Source: a virus
Taxonomy: Duplodnaviria; Caudoviricetes
DNA: 54,619 nucleotides
Virus record (IMG/VR): IMGVR_UViG_3300044634_004299
Coordinates: 1-54,619 of that record
Strand: one strand, 5' to 3'
The stretch's first letter is position 1, and each line of letters begins with the position of its first letter. The notes below the pieces were generated by a model. The model did no database searches. It was not told the DNA's origin and was given only the letters and a program-made list of their open reading frames with translations. Both the position numbers and the translations under genes were made by a program. Positions 37,657 through 48,000 of the stretch are shown here, one piece after another.

Positions 37657-37977
37657 TTAACTCTTTGTTGAGTCAATTTTTAAAATTTCTTTGTAATTGT
37701 TTTGTATTATTTGCAAAAACAACTCATCTCTCTTTTTTTGTATTTGTTCTAAAAATTCAATATTTATTTCTTTAGAACAAATTGTATTTTTTTCTTTTTT
37801 GTCTTCTTTTTCTTTATATATATCACTTTGTGATATATACTTTTCATTGTATTTAAATTTAACACAATGATATTCTTTTTTGTAAAAAATTTTAATTACT
37901 ATTAGAGTTATAATATTACTTAAACTAGTTATTATAACTAAAAATAAAATAAACTTAAGAATTTGTTTCATTTTCAA
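37657..37977 (-). CDS. single-TM membrane protein, possibly related to 37177
   Basis: TM helix; YHCV...ISQSDIYK resembles VYCV...ITQTNLYK. Confidence 0.7.
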   Translation of the reverse strand: MKMKQILKFILFLVIITSLSNIITLIVIKIFYKKEYHCVKFKYNEKYISQSDIYKEKEDKKEKNTICSKEINIEFLEQIQKKRDELFLQIIQNNYKEILKIDSTKS

Positions 37978-39619
37978 CCTCTATTTTAAATGTTTTTTTA
38001 TGTATATTTATTATATTTTCTAGAACAGAATTATAAAATATATACTTTTCTTTTAATGAACCCCTATTCATTCTACCTAAAGTTTGCATAATGAACTTTA
38101 CAAATGTTTTTTTCTTTAGAGTTTCTAACGATAAGAATTTTCTATCAAAACTTCTTATTGTTGTTTGTATATATAACATTTTATTTATTTCAAGTAAAGA
38201 AAAATCGTTGTATACAATGTTATTTGGTGTATACGGTGTTATCAATTCTTCTTTTTTAAAGTCAAGAAAGTAGAAAAACTCAAACTCTGTAAAATCATTG
38301 CTACCAATTAATTTTGGAGAAGTTAAATAAAGTATCTCGTGATTCGGTGATAAACTACTACCTAATTCCTTTAAAACCTTATTCATTATAGTTTTTGTTG
38401 GTGTTATAAATAAGGTTTTGTGTTCTCTAAATTTATTAAAATCACTATAACAGCTAATTTTAAAATCTTTTATTTCATCAACATTTACATAATTGTATTC
38501 AATATTCTTCTTCATTTTATTTGAAGTAAAGAATTTATTTATTTCGTTTTCTTCAAAATCACCAAATATAGTAGCAGATAAACCAATTATTTTAGACTGA
38601 TTCGCTACTAAAACTTCATATGCTGGAAATGTTATATCTAGATAACCACCAGCTACAACTTCTTTTTCAACATCATCTACAGGAATTTTCTTAGCTAAAT
38701 CGTATTTGTAATGGAAAATATAACCGTTTATATCTAGTTCTTTTGGAAGTAAATAACAAAAATTATCATTACCTTTATTATATTTATAATCATTTATAGT
38801 TGTTATTTTTAATATGGTAACATTGCTATTTATTTCAGCTAAACTATCAAAACTATAACCCCAAACTTTAATATTACTTATATGTAAAAGGTTAGTAAAA
38901 GATTCTTTATTTCTAACTTCAACAAAACAAGAACTGTCTACTGTGTAAAATTCACCGTTTACTTGAAATATTTTATTTTCGTATTTATCTTTAAAATCCT
39001 GTTCCAATACTTCGTCGTATTCTTTATCAATCAAAACTTTCAATAACCTATCATTAGTTATAGGTTTTTTAAACATTATATCATTATTAATAAAGAAAGT
39101 TGATGCTAATATACCTAAGTTAGAGTCTAACTCGTCTATGAAGATATTATCACAGCTATTTATAAAATCTAAATAACAACTAACAACTCTTGATTTATCA
39201 ACATACGAATTCAAAACAAATCCAAGATTATATTGTGTTATTAACACTATATCTGCTATCTCAATAGGTGTGCTTAGATTTATCAAACCTAGATAGTAAT
39301 TAGCTAGTTTTTCTTCTATATTCTCTAAATCTTCTTCTTTATAAAGATTACCAATAGATAATTTTTTACAAACAGAACTAGGGATGTGAATTTTATGTTC
39401 TTTGAGAAATGGAGTTAATTTTATATCGTATAAATCAAAATCGTATCCAAAAAGTTTAACTAACTCCTTTAAAACATCATCAACATTAGATAAATTAGGA
39501 ACAATTATCATGTGTTTTTGGTTCTTATTTTCTTTTATATATTTACACATTGAATAAGTTTTACCCTCTCCTGTGTGTAAATTATTAATTACTGCTTTTA
39601 TTTTATTAAAATCAATCAT
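37955..39619 (-). CDS. SF2 helicase/ATPase paralogous to the replicase C-terminus
   Basis: TGEGKTYSMCK, IFIDELDS, LSAT, LIGSNDF, QTLGRMNRG. Confidence 0.85.
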   Translation of the reverse strand: MIDFNKIKAVINNLHTGEGKTYSMCKYIKENKNQKHMIIVPNLSNVDDVLKELVKLFGYDFDLYDIKLTPFLKEHKIHIPSSVCKKLSIGNLYKEEDLENIEEKLANYYLGLINLSTPIEIADIVLITQYNLGFVLNSYVDKSRVVSCYLDFINSCDNIFIDELDSNLGILASTFFINNDIMFKKPITNDRLLKVLIDKEYDEVLEQDFKDKYENKIFQVNGEFYTVDSSCFVEVRNKESFTNLLHISNIKVWGYSFDSLAEINSNVTILKITTINDYKYNKGNDNFCYLLPKELDINGYIFHYKYDLAKKIPVDDVEKEVVAGGYLDITFPAYEVLVANQSKIIGLSATIFGDFEENEINKFFTSNKMKKNIEYNYVNVDEIKDFKISCYSDFNKFREHKTLFITPTKTIMNKVLKELGSSLSPNHEILYLTSPKLIGSNDFTEFEFFYFLDFKKEELITPYTPNNIVYNDFSLLEINKMLYIQTTIRSFDRKFLSLETLKKKTFVKFIMQTLGRMNRGSLKEKYIFYNSVLENIINIHKKTFKIEVENETNS

Positions 39620-39620
39620 T

Positions 39621-40772
39621 TTACACCTCTAAAATCTTGGTTATTTTTGATAATGGTGTAAAATTAGATATATCACCGTTTTTCATAAGACAATTGTTGT
39701 TTAAAACGAACCAACAAACATCCAAGTTAGAATGTTTACCTTTAACAAAATTAGGTCTTTTGTTATAACCAACAAAAGATGTATTATCAAAATAATTAAA
39801 TAAATCAATTCTACCAATAGAACTAAAAGAAGAACAAGGTAATAATAACATTGATGTTATGTTAATGTTTTCTGTAAATTTATCTTCGTTTTTTTTCCAT
39901 ATATCAAATTTTCTTTTTTCAAATTCTTTATGGAACTCAACACAAAATTCTAAAAAAATATTTTTATTACTGTAAGGGGGATTCATAACAATAAGAACAT
40001 CCAACTTACTATTTATGTCTTTAATTTTTTTACTTAGTTTTGTTTTATCATAAATGAAATTAACATAATCGTTAATATTTTCTTTTTTTAATTCAAAATC
40101 AACCAAATCACTAGCAAAATATGATATTTTACTAGTATCAGCACCACCATCATTTAAACATTTTTTAAAACAATTAAATAAATTATCTTTATTTTCACCG
40201 ACACCACAACAAACATCTATGAATAAAATTTCATTTTCATATTTTTTAGTAGGTTTATTGGTATCAAACATGTAGTGCCCTATCAACTCACTATACATAT
40301 AATCAAAAAAAGCTTTAGCATGCTTTTCAGGAGTAATAAAATGTTCTCCTACAAACTCTTCTTTTTTTTCTCTCAATTTATTAAAAACATTTTCCATAAT
40401 TTTACTCTCCTCTAATTTTAAAAGTTGTATTTCACTTCCTATTTTATAATTTTTATAGAAAGATTCAGGTGTGTCAAAACCGAAATCTTGACAATTTCTA
40501 ACTATATTTTTACCATTTTTAGATAAAAATATTTTTTTATTTGGTATTATATAATCTTCATTTTCTGTGTTTATTTCATTTTCTTTAGTTATTTTATAAA
40601 CACCATATTCAACTACTTTATAACTTTCTATGAAACAATCGCTATTATTTGTAAAAATTTTTATTATAGTATTTTTTTTAATACCTTTAATATTTAAATT
40701 TTGTATTATTTCTTTTCTTTGTGATAAAAGAAAACCAGTATAAGCATTAAAACCAATTATTATATCAAGCAT
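39621..40772 (-). CDS. amino (N6-adenine) DNA methyltransferase with N-terminal extension
   Basis: FIDVCCGVG motif I preceding VMNPPYS motif IV. Confidence 0.8.
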   Translation of the reverse strand: MLDIIIGFNAYTGFLLSQRKEIIQNLNIKGIKKNTIIKIFTNNSDCFIESYKVVEYGVYKITKENEINTENEDYIIPNKKIFLSKNGKNIVRNCQDFGFDTPESFYKNYKIGSEIQLLKLEESKIMENVFNKLREKKEEFVGEHFITPEKHAKAFFDYMYSELIGHYMFDTNKPTKKYENEILFIDVCCGVGENKDNLFNCFKKCLNDGGADTSKISYFASDLVDFELKKENINDYVNFIYDKTKLSKKIKDINSKLDVLIVMNPPYSNKNIFLEFCVEFHKEFEKRKFDIWKKNEDKFTENINITSMLLLPCSSFSSIGRIDLFNYFDNTSFVGYNKRPNFVKGKHSNLDVCWFVLNNNCLMKNGDISNFTPLSKITKILEV

Positions 40773-41128
40773 ATAGGTTCTCCATTACTTTTTTCTATGT
40801 ATCTTTTGAATATTGTTCTAAAGATATCTTTATTAACGGTAAGCAGATACTCTATTTTATTATTTTGGTTGAAGTATATATCGCCTTTAATGTAACTAAG
40901 ATTTAATTTCAAAATACTTTGTAATTTATTAATCATAATATCAATAAATTTTGTTGTTATCTGTATTCTTTCTTTTTCTAATATAATAAAATAAGAATCC
41001 TCTATAATAACGAAATTTATTCTTTCTTTTTTATTTATTGTTATGGTTTTTTTTTCACCATTTAAATTTTCATATTTTATTGTAGTGTTACTTTTAAAGT
41101 TACAAACAACAAATTTTTCTTCTTCCAT
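40760..41128 (-). CDS. hypothetical protein
   Basis: start moved to 41128 (GGAGATTAGGAAAATG). Confidence 0.7.
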   Translation of the reverse strand: MEEEKFVVCNFKSNTTIKYENLNGEKKTITINKKERINFVIIEDSYFIILEKERIQITTKFIDIMINKLQSILKLNLSYIKGDIYFNQNNKIEYLLTVNKDIFRTIFKRYIEKSNGEPICLI

Positions 41129-41147
41129 TTTCCTAATCTCCAAAGTA

Positions 41148-41183
41148 ATAATCAACACCATTAATTAAAATGGTGTTGATTAT
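41148..41183. terminator. intergenic hairpin
   Basis: 15-bp stem ATAATCAACACCATT/AATGGTGTTGATTAT. Confidence 0.6.
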
Positions 41184-41196
41184 AGTTGTTTATTTT

Positions 41197-42168
41197 TTAT
41201 TTTTTATTTTTTAATATAGAAGCAACCTTGAGTATAAGTTTAACCCTCTCTTTAAACCTTTCCTCATACTCCTCTGGTGTAATTGACTTTTCTACAAAAA
41301 GTTCTTCGCCGTCAATTATATTCATTTTATCTAACATAAAAGAATAAGCTTTATAACCACCAAAATCATAGATAGTTTTTTTCATTGAAAATTCTACAGA
41401 TGCAGAAACATCTTGTAGTTTCTTCTTTTTACCACCATGAAGCAATTGTATTTCACCATTACTTAATGTAACACCAATTATATTTTCTTCGGTAACCATT
41501 TTTGCATGGTTATCACCGTTTATATAAGAGTTACCACTATAGTAATGGAAGCATACTTCATACTTTCCATTAATATTTATAAGGAAAATCCCTTTTACAC
41601 AGTTCTTAACAACAAAAGCATCTGTCTTACTTTCATCATATTCTGTTGTGTAGTTTCCGTCTAAATCTTTCTTTAGATAAGTCACAAACTCATCATAAGT
41701 TTTATTAGGAAATCTCGTTGCTTCTACAGGTATTTTGTTTGCTGTAGATTTCTTCAAATAAATTGGTAAAGAGTTTTCTTTTAATCCATCCCCAGTATCT
41801 TTATTAATCCTTTTAAATTTTTTATATTTTATAAACGTTAAAGGTGTAATTTTAAAATCATTTACTAAAATTATTTTTTCGCCAATAATTACATAAATGT
41901 CGCCAGTCTTTAAACGAACATCTTCGTTTTGAACTGCAGTTTCTAAAATTGACGAAGAACCAGCTTGTTTAACACGGATGTTGTGGAATTTCAATCCTAA
42001 ATCTTCTTCAGTATAACCATCTTCTTCATCAAAGATGATTTCTTCTTCTCCAAAAACTGATTTTTGTAAACTGTTTTCTTCAGTAGTTAAAATTGTTTTT
42101 TCTAAAACTTCTTTTTCTTTTTTTTCTTTTTTTTCTATTTCTTTTTTTATAATATTTTTTAAATTCAT
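41197..42168 (-). CDS. hypothetical protein, possibly ssDNA-binding or annealing
   Basis: context in the recombination operon only. Confidence 0.4.
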   Translation of the reverse strand: MNLKNIIKKEIEKKEKKEKEVLEKTILTTEENSLQKSVFGEEEIIFDEEDGYTEEDLGLKFHNIRVKQAGSSSILETAVQNEDVRLKTGDIYVIIGEKIILVNDFKITPLTFIKYKKFKRINKDTGDGLKENSLPIYLKKSTANKIPVEATRFPNKTYDEFVTYLKKDLDGNYTTEYDESKTDAFVVKNCVKGIFLININGKYEVCFHYYSGNSYINGDNHAKMVTEENIIGVTLSNGEIQLLHGGKKKKLQDVSASVEFSMKKTIYDFGGYKAYSFMLDKMNIIDGEELFVEKSITPEEYEERFKERVKLILKVASILKNKK

Positions 42169-42309
42169 TTTAAATTTCCTTTCTAAAAATTTTTTTTGAT
42201 ATCAGTTAATTATTTGTTTTTAACTAACTAAAATTATTATAAATCTTTTATTATTTTAAAACAAGAAAAAAAGTTTGCTTTTTATAAAATAATATTGTAT
42301 TATATAAAT

Positions 42310-42397
42310 AACAAGCACCGAGGCTGCAAGAGACTAGCACGGAGGGTCGTGGTTTATATACTAGTTAAATATAAACTTTTTTTGAAAGGCGGTGCTA
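42310..42397 (+). ncRNA. candidate pseudoknotted ncRNA
   Basis: TTGCTT-17-TATTAT promoter; GC-rich; stems 42314-20/42390-96, 42338-42/42347-51, 42352-59/42369-76; GACUAG/CUAGUU pseudoknot. Confidence 0.5.
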
Positions 42398-42724
42398 TTT
42401 TATTATTTCATTAATAATAACAAAAATATTATTTGATTTTGTTTTTTTACCACAATGTGATTCTAAAAAAAAATAATCATCCGAATCAGTTAAAATAAAA
42501 TTATTTTTATATTTATGTATTAGTGATTGATTCTTATAAATCTTATTAACTCTTTTTATTTTCAGTTCAACACCATACCTTTTACCATCTTTTAGTAAAG
42601 ATATATCTGGTTGTCCTGTATTAGATTCTTCTCTTAAAGTAAAATCAATCTCTTTTACTAATTTACAACTTTTTATAAAAAAATCTCTAAATTTCTTTTC
42701 ACTGGAAAACTTCTTCTTTACCAT
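42395..42724 (-). CDS. VRR-NUC / Holliday-junction-resolvase-like nuclease
   Basis: SEKKF..., GQPDI...GVELK PD-(D/E)xK motif. Confidence 0.8.
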   Translation of the reverse strand: MVKKKFSSEKKFRDFFIKSCKLVKEIDFTLREESNTGQPDISLLKDGKRYGVELKIKRVNKIYKNQSLIHKYKNNFILTDSDDYFFLESHCGKKTKSNNIFVIINEIIK

Positions 42725-43148
42725 ATTTTTCTACTAATCTAACTAAACTATATTTTTGTATTAACTTCTCTAGGTTTAATTTACTTTTTAAGAAGTAAAA
42801 CATTTCTGTTATGTTCTTATAACCCTCTTTAACCATAAGTTGCTCTAGGTTAAAGATTTTGTAGTTATTTTCATAATATTTCATCATTATAAAAAAAGGT
42901 AAAGTGTTTATAAGATTGTTCCTACCCCTGTATCTCATGTTATATTTTTCTTGGTTTAAAATTTTTTTTATATCAAGAAAAACAAAACCGAAATCTTCAT
43001 CTAATGTTTCAAGTTTTATGTCTTTGTAATTAGTGAAGTGTAAACAATCACTCCTTTTAAAGAAGTGATTGTTTGCTTGTATATTAGCTCTAAAAAACTC
43101 AATTGTATCTTTGTTTATTAGAGGTTTTATCCTTTTTATTAACTTCAT
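42699..43148 (-). CDS. hypothetical protein
   Basis: operonic ORF. Confidence 0.7.
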   Translation of the reverse strand: MKLIKRIKPLINKDTIEFFRANIQANNHFFKRSDCLHFTNYKDIKLETLDEDFGFVFLDIKKILNQEKYNMRYRGRNNLINTLPFFIMMKYYENNYKIFNLEQLMVKEGYKNITEMFYFLKSKLNLEKLIQKYSLVRLVEKYGKEEVFQ

Positions 43149-43150
43149 TT

Positions 43151-44164
43151 TTAAAAACCACTTGTTTTTTCTATCTCGTTTTCTTCTGCTTCAGTTAATT
43201 TTGGTTTTGTTGAAGTTAACTCTAAGTTATAAAATTTCTCCTTAAAAGTATACTTATCTTCACCCTTGTAAGAAACCATTTCCATAACATTTTGTGTAAC
43301 TTCTTCATAATTTTTTTCATAATCAGGAATCATGAATAAAACATCATTAATGTTATTTTTACCAACAGCAATATAATAGCTGTTTATTTCATAATCTTTT
43401 GCTACTTTGTGTTTACCAAAGAAGTTATTGTTATTATGAATGTAAACCATTGTTAACCATTCGTAATATATTGCTTGGTAAATATTTTTTGTTGAACCAA
43501 AACTATAATGATTACTATAATCATTAGTTGTAGCACAAGTTTTTATATCACCTATTAAAATTTCTACGACTTCGTCTTGTTCGTTTTTAATTAGGTTTAC
43601 TATATCTAATTTACCTTTTAATGTAAATTTATCATTTTTCATTATTATTTGAAATTCTGTTAATTTGTTTTTTAAAGAATCACCAATTGTTTTTTTATAA
43701 AGTTGATGGTTTTTTACAGAATCACTTAATCTTTTAACTAACTCAAATTCTTCTGTTGTTAAAAAAGTATTACCATTGAAGATAATTTCTTTTAAAACAG
43801 GTTCCATTTCTTTCATTTTTTTATTGTAATAATGGGTAGTATTCCCATCTGGTATTATTTCTTTAATGATAACATCATCAAAAAAAGATTTAGGTTCTAA
43901 TAACATTTTATGAACCGCTGTTCCAATTCTTAAACTATCACTAGGAATAGTTATTTTATCCAAATCTTTTTCTCTAAAAACATTTATATTATTTTTTAGT
44001 TTTTCATGGTTTTTTGGATTAAAACTAGTGTTTTCCCACCAAGTTTTTTTACTAAAACTACTTGATACAAAATTTTTATATTCTGTTCCAGAAGTAGCAT
44101 TTTTAATATTGTGGTATTCTAAATCTTTTAGAATTGTTTTTTTTATTTTTAAATCTTTAACCAT
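43151..44164 (-). CDS. RecE/exonuclease VIII-like PD-(D/E)xK nuclease
   Basis: YH, IGTAVHKMLLEP, E, LKGKLD, DIKT, YQAIYY. Confidence 0.85.
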   Translation of the reverse strand: MVKDLKIKKTILKDLEYHNIKNATSGTEYKNFVSSSFSKKTWWENTSFNPKNHEKLKNNINVFREKDLDKITIPSDSLRIGTAVHKMLLEPKSFFDDVIIKEIIPDGNTTHYYNKKMKEMEPVLKEIIFNGNTFLTTEEFELVKRLSDSVKNHQLYKKTIGDSLKNKLTEFQIIMKNDKFTLKGKLDIVNLIKNEQDEVVEILIGDIKTCATTNDYSNHYSFGSTKNIYQAIYYEWLTMVYIHNNNNFFGKHKVAKDYEINSYYIAVGKNNINDVLFMIPDYEKNYEEVTQNVMEMVSYKGEDKYTFKEKFYNLELTSTKPKLTEAEENEIEKTSGF

Positions 44165-44234
44165 TTTTTTCTCCTTATTTCAAAATTAAATGGTTAAAGG
44201 AATGTTAACATATGTTTTATAAAAATTCAATAGT

Positions 44235-44340
44235 AAAAAAAAAATAGGTTGTTAATAGAAAAATTAACAACCTATAGTTAAGTAGAGTAAAAAACATACG
44301 ATTTATATTAAATTTCTTTAATAAAACAATGTTAATAATA
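44235..44340 (-). ncRNA. candidate small RNA / terminated leader
   Basis: minus-strand TTGACT-17-TAGTAT (44374-44346); terminator stem 44244-44275 with T run; UUUACUCU before the terminator as in small RNA 1. Confidence 0.35.
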
Positions 44341-44458
44341 CAAATATACTAAAACTTTTTTTATTTAAAGTCAAGTGGAAAAATAATAAAAAATATTTTT
44401 TTTAAAAAATATAAATTTTTAAAAAAATCAACTCTAGGAAAAATAAGGGTTTTTATCA

Positions 44459-44952
44459 AAAAATCAACTCTAGGAAAAATAAGGGTTCATTTTCCACAAA
44501 CCACACTTTAGATAAAAAATGAACCCAGTAAAACACAGGGTTCATTTTCCAGTCTTTTTTCCAAAAACACACTTTTTTAAAATGTAAAGTATTGGAAATC
44601 CCTAGAGTAGATTTTCAATTTTTTTCAAAAAGTTTGGAAAACGAACCCTTATTTTTCCTAGAGTGGAAAGTGAAGAACCCTGTAAATCCCTAGAATCCAA
44701 AAAACAAGTCCCTATATAAGAGGAGTAGTAAAAAAATTTTGGAAAAAAATTCTGGTAAAAAATGACTGAAAAAATGACTAAAAAAATTCTAAGAAAAGTT
44801 ACTAAAAAAAGATATAGTAAAAAAAAGCACCAATTAGATAGCTTAACTATATCCCTTTCTAGGAAATTCCTACATTTCCTACCCTTTTTCTGGATATTTT
44901 ACTGTCTAATCACCTTTCACTAGAACTGTTTGCTAAGGAAATCCAAGGGTTT
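44459..44952 (-). repeat. long inverted repeat, copy B
   Basis: reverse complement of 1328-1788 with a ~33-bp insertion; extra tandem copy of the terminal ~30 bp at 44422-44451. Confidence 0.95.
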
Positions 44953-44974
44953 TTAATAAAATTATTTTTTGTTA

Positions 44975-45003
44975 GTGACAAAATTATTTTTTTTGTTTAT
45001 ACT
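44975..45003 (+). promoter_or_regulatory. promoter of the replicase operon
   Basis: GTGACA-17-TATACT. Confidence 0.5.
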
Positions 45004-45039
45004 TTATGAAAGTGTAAAAAATTAGGGTTTTTTAGTAGA

Positions 45040-48000
45040 ATGAATAAATTATTTTTTGATATTGAGATTTTAAGCAACGATAAACTGAGACTTGGTTTAT
45101 TGGATGAAAATGGTGTTTTTGAAATATTGGATTTTGATAACCTTTATTCATTCGGTCAGTATTTGGTTACTGATTTCATTTACAAATACGACAAAAACAT
45201 TCTTGTAGGTTATAACAACGAGGGGTTTGATAACAAGCTTTTACAGTATTCAATAATGATTTTAGACCCTAATAAAGCAGTTTATAAAAGGTCACCGCAG
45301 TTCATAACAGATGTTCTCATAACTGCAAATAACAATAAGAAAATGGAAGCTTTAAAGCTCCAAGATGAAAAATATTACAAATCTGTTTTATTTTACAAAA
45401 ATAGTGGTGAATTAGACAAACTTTACTACAACCAACTACCTTTCATAGACCTAATGAATTTCTTTAAAGGTGGTGCTAGTAAAGAGGGTTCTTTAAAGTT
45501 TTATACAGCTAAATTTTTAAATAAATCTTATGATGATTCGCAGGATTTTGATTCTGTAGAATATTTAAAAATGGACTTAGAAAATACAAGGGATTTGTAT
45601 AATCTAAAAAAGGATGATTTTGAAGTAATTTTCACAGCTTACAACTTGTTAAACATTGATATTAGGGGTTCTATAAAGGAACCATCTTTAGCTGGTGCTT
45701 ATCTAAATAAAAATTTAATTTTCAATGATAATTTCAAAAATAAATTTAAAAAAGATTTTGAGAATCACCCTATTTTTTACGATATGATAAATTCAGTAAA
45801 AAAGAAAGAAATTAACTATCTAGGTTACAATGTTGAAGTTAACGAGGGTGGTATCCACTTCTCAAAAACAAATGGTTTTTCTTATAAAAAAGAAGAGAAT
45901 CAGGACTACTATATTTACAACATAGATGCTACCTCATTTTACCCATACACATATATTCAAAACGGTATTTTTGAAGAATCATCTACAAAAAAAATAAAAG
46001 AGTTTCTTGAGAAAAGAAAAATTGCTAAAAAAAGCGGTGATAAAAAAACAGATTCTGCATACAAACTAGTCCTAAACAGCTTATACGGTAAAATGTTTTC
46101 TAGATGGGATGAAACAAAAACCACAGCACACGTAACATTTTATACACAATCGGCTATTCTTTCTTTTATAGAAAAAATGAATAATGACGGTTTTTTAGAT
46201 GATTTAATTGATATTAATACAGATGGTATAATAATAAAATCAAGAAAAAAAATTGAAGAATCAGTTATAGAATTTACAGACCCATTAACAAAATTAATTT
46301 ATTCTTTTGAAGTAGGGGAAGTTGATTATCTTTACTATAAAGATTCTAACAACTATATTGTAAATTTTGTTGGAGAAGATAAAACAAAATATAAAGGTTC
46401 TTGGGTTGAAAATGCTAGTTGCCACAGTTCCATAAACCTTATCTTCTTTAAAAATATTTTAGATGGTATTTTAAAAGAATCACCCATTGAAGAATTTAAA
46501 GATATTTGGTTTAAGGGTATAACCAAAGAAAAAACAAGTGATAAAACAGCAACATACCATTTTGACTATGTTGATTTTACAAGAAACGAACAATTTTCTT
46601 TTGAAAACCCAAACATTATACAAAAGACAGTTTTATATGGTAAAGATAAAGATTTACCACCTAAAAGATTCTTTAAAGGTTATATAACCGATGAGGAAAA
46701 ACTTTTTGTTATAGAATCTATAAAAAAGGATTTCTTCCAAAAAACATCCAGTGTTTTTTATGGTGCAGAATCAGATAAAAAAAATAGTAGGGCGGTTATC
46801 GCTAAAACAAACTTTGTTTTATGTGAAAAAAAATATATAAAAATATTTTCCGAATCACTTTCAAAAAATATATTCATTTTAGATTTTGATAATAAAACTG
46901 ATTCTATTGAAAATATACAAAATGCTATAGATTCTTTTAAAAGTTTCATTAAAGAAAAAAATATTTTATTTGAAGAAGAAGTATCTTCTTCTGGTAAAGG
47001 TTATCACATAATCTTATCAAACTATAAAAAAGATTTAACAGAAGAAGAAATAAAAAATAAAATAAAAGAAATAAAAACCCCAGAATGTGAAATTGAGTTA
47101 AGATATAATAACGGTGATGGGACAACTCTTTCTTGGGATGTTTCTAGATTATCTAAAGAGAGAAGAAGATTTATTCATGATTTAATAACAACTAAAGAAG
47201 ATGTTGTTATTAAAACTGTTGCTAAACAAAAAACTAAAAAGAAAGAGGGTAAAACCCTAATAAATGATAAACATTTATCAAAAATAAAAAAGATAGTTGA
47301 AAATTCTAATTTAGGTTATGTTTACGAATCAATTAAAGATAATACAGACTTAGTTTTTAAATGTCCTCACAATCATAAAAAAACAAACTCAAAAACTGAA
47401 ATATATTATTCCAAGGAAGAAGATAGATATGTAGCTAATTGCTTTGCTTGTAATTCAAACGAAGAAGAACTAACAGTGTTAAACAAATTAAGAAGTGTTA
47501 TAAACACAGTTATCATAGAGAAAGTTGAGGAACAATATAAGTTAGAAGAAAAAGCTGCAGATTGTAAATTTGTAATTGATAAGAGCGATGTAGGGACTGG
47601 TAAAACTTATGCAATGTGTAAGGATGTCAAAAATCTAATAGAATCAGGTGAAAAATGTTTTATTATTGGTAATAAAACAACAACAAGTGAAATGATTCGT
47701 AACCAACTTTTAGAATTAGGTGTTATGGACGGTGATATTTTCATATGTGCTTCACCAGATAACGCTACTGATAATTGGAGAAATTTTGTTGAGGTTTTTG
47801 AAGATAAGGGTTATAAAATAATAATAGCTATTTATAGTTATTTTCAACTTTACTATGAAAATACAAAACAATTTAAAAAATATAATAATGAAGCTGAATT
47901 AACCAACTATTTATCAAACTACACTTTATTAGCTGGTTTATCTAATTATTGCAATAACAATTCTGTTAACCTTTTTATAGATGAAGCTGACGAATCACTT

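Noticed and set aside
42321-42366. Group I intron core resemblance (GCAAGAGACUAG...UAGUU)
   Set aside because: No P4-P6 domain and no interrupted gene; the element is too short
1328-44952. Long IRs as genome termini (protein-primed replicon) or transposon ends
   Set aside because: The replicase lies outside them, the phage encodes a terminase, and no transposase is evident
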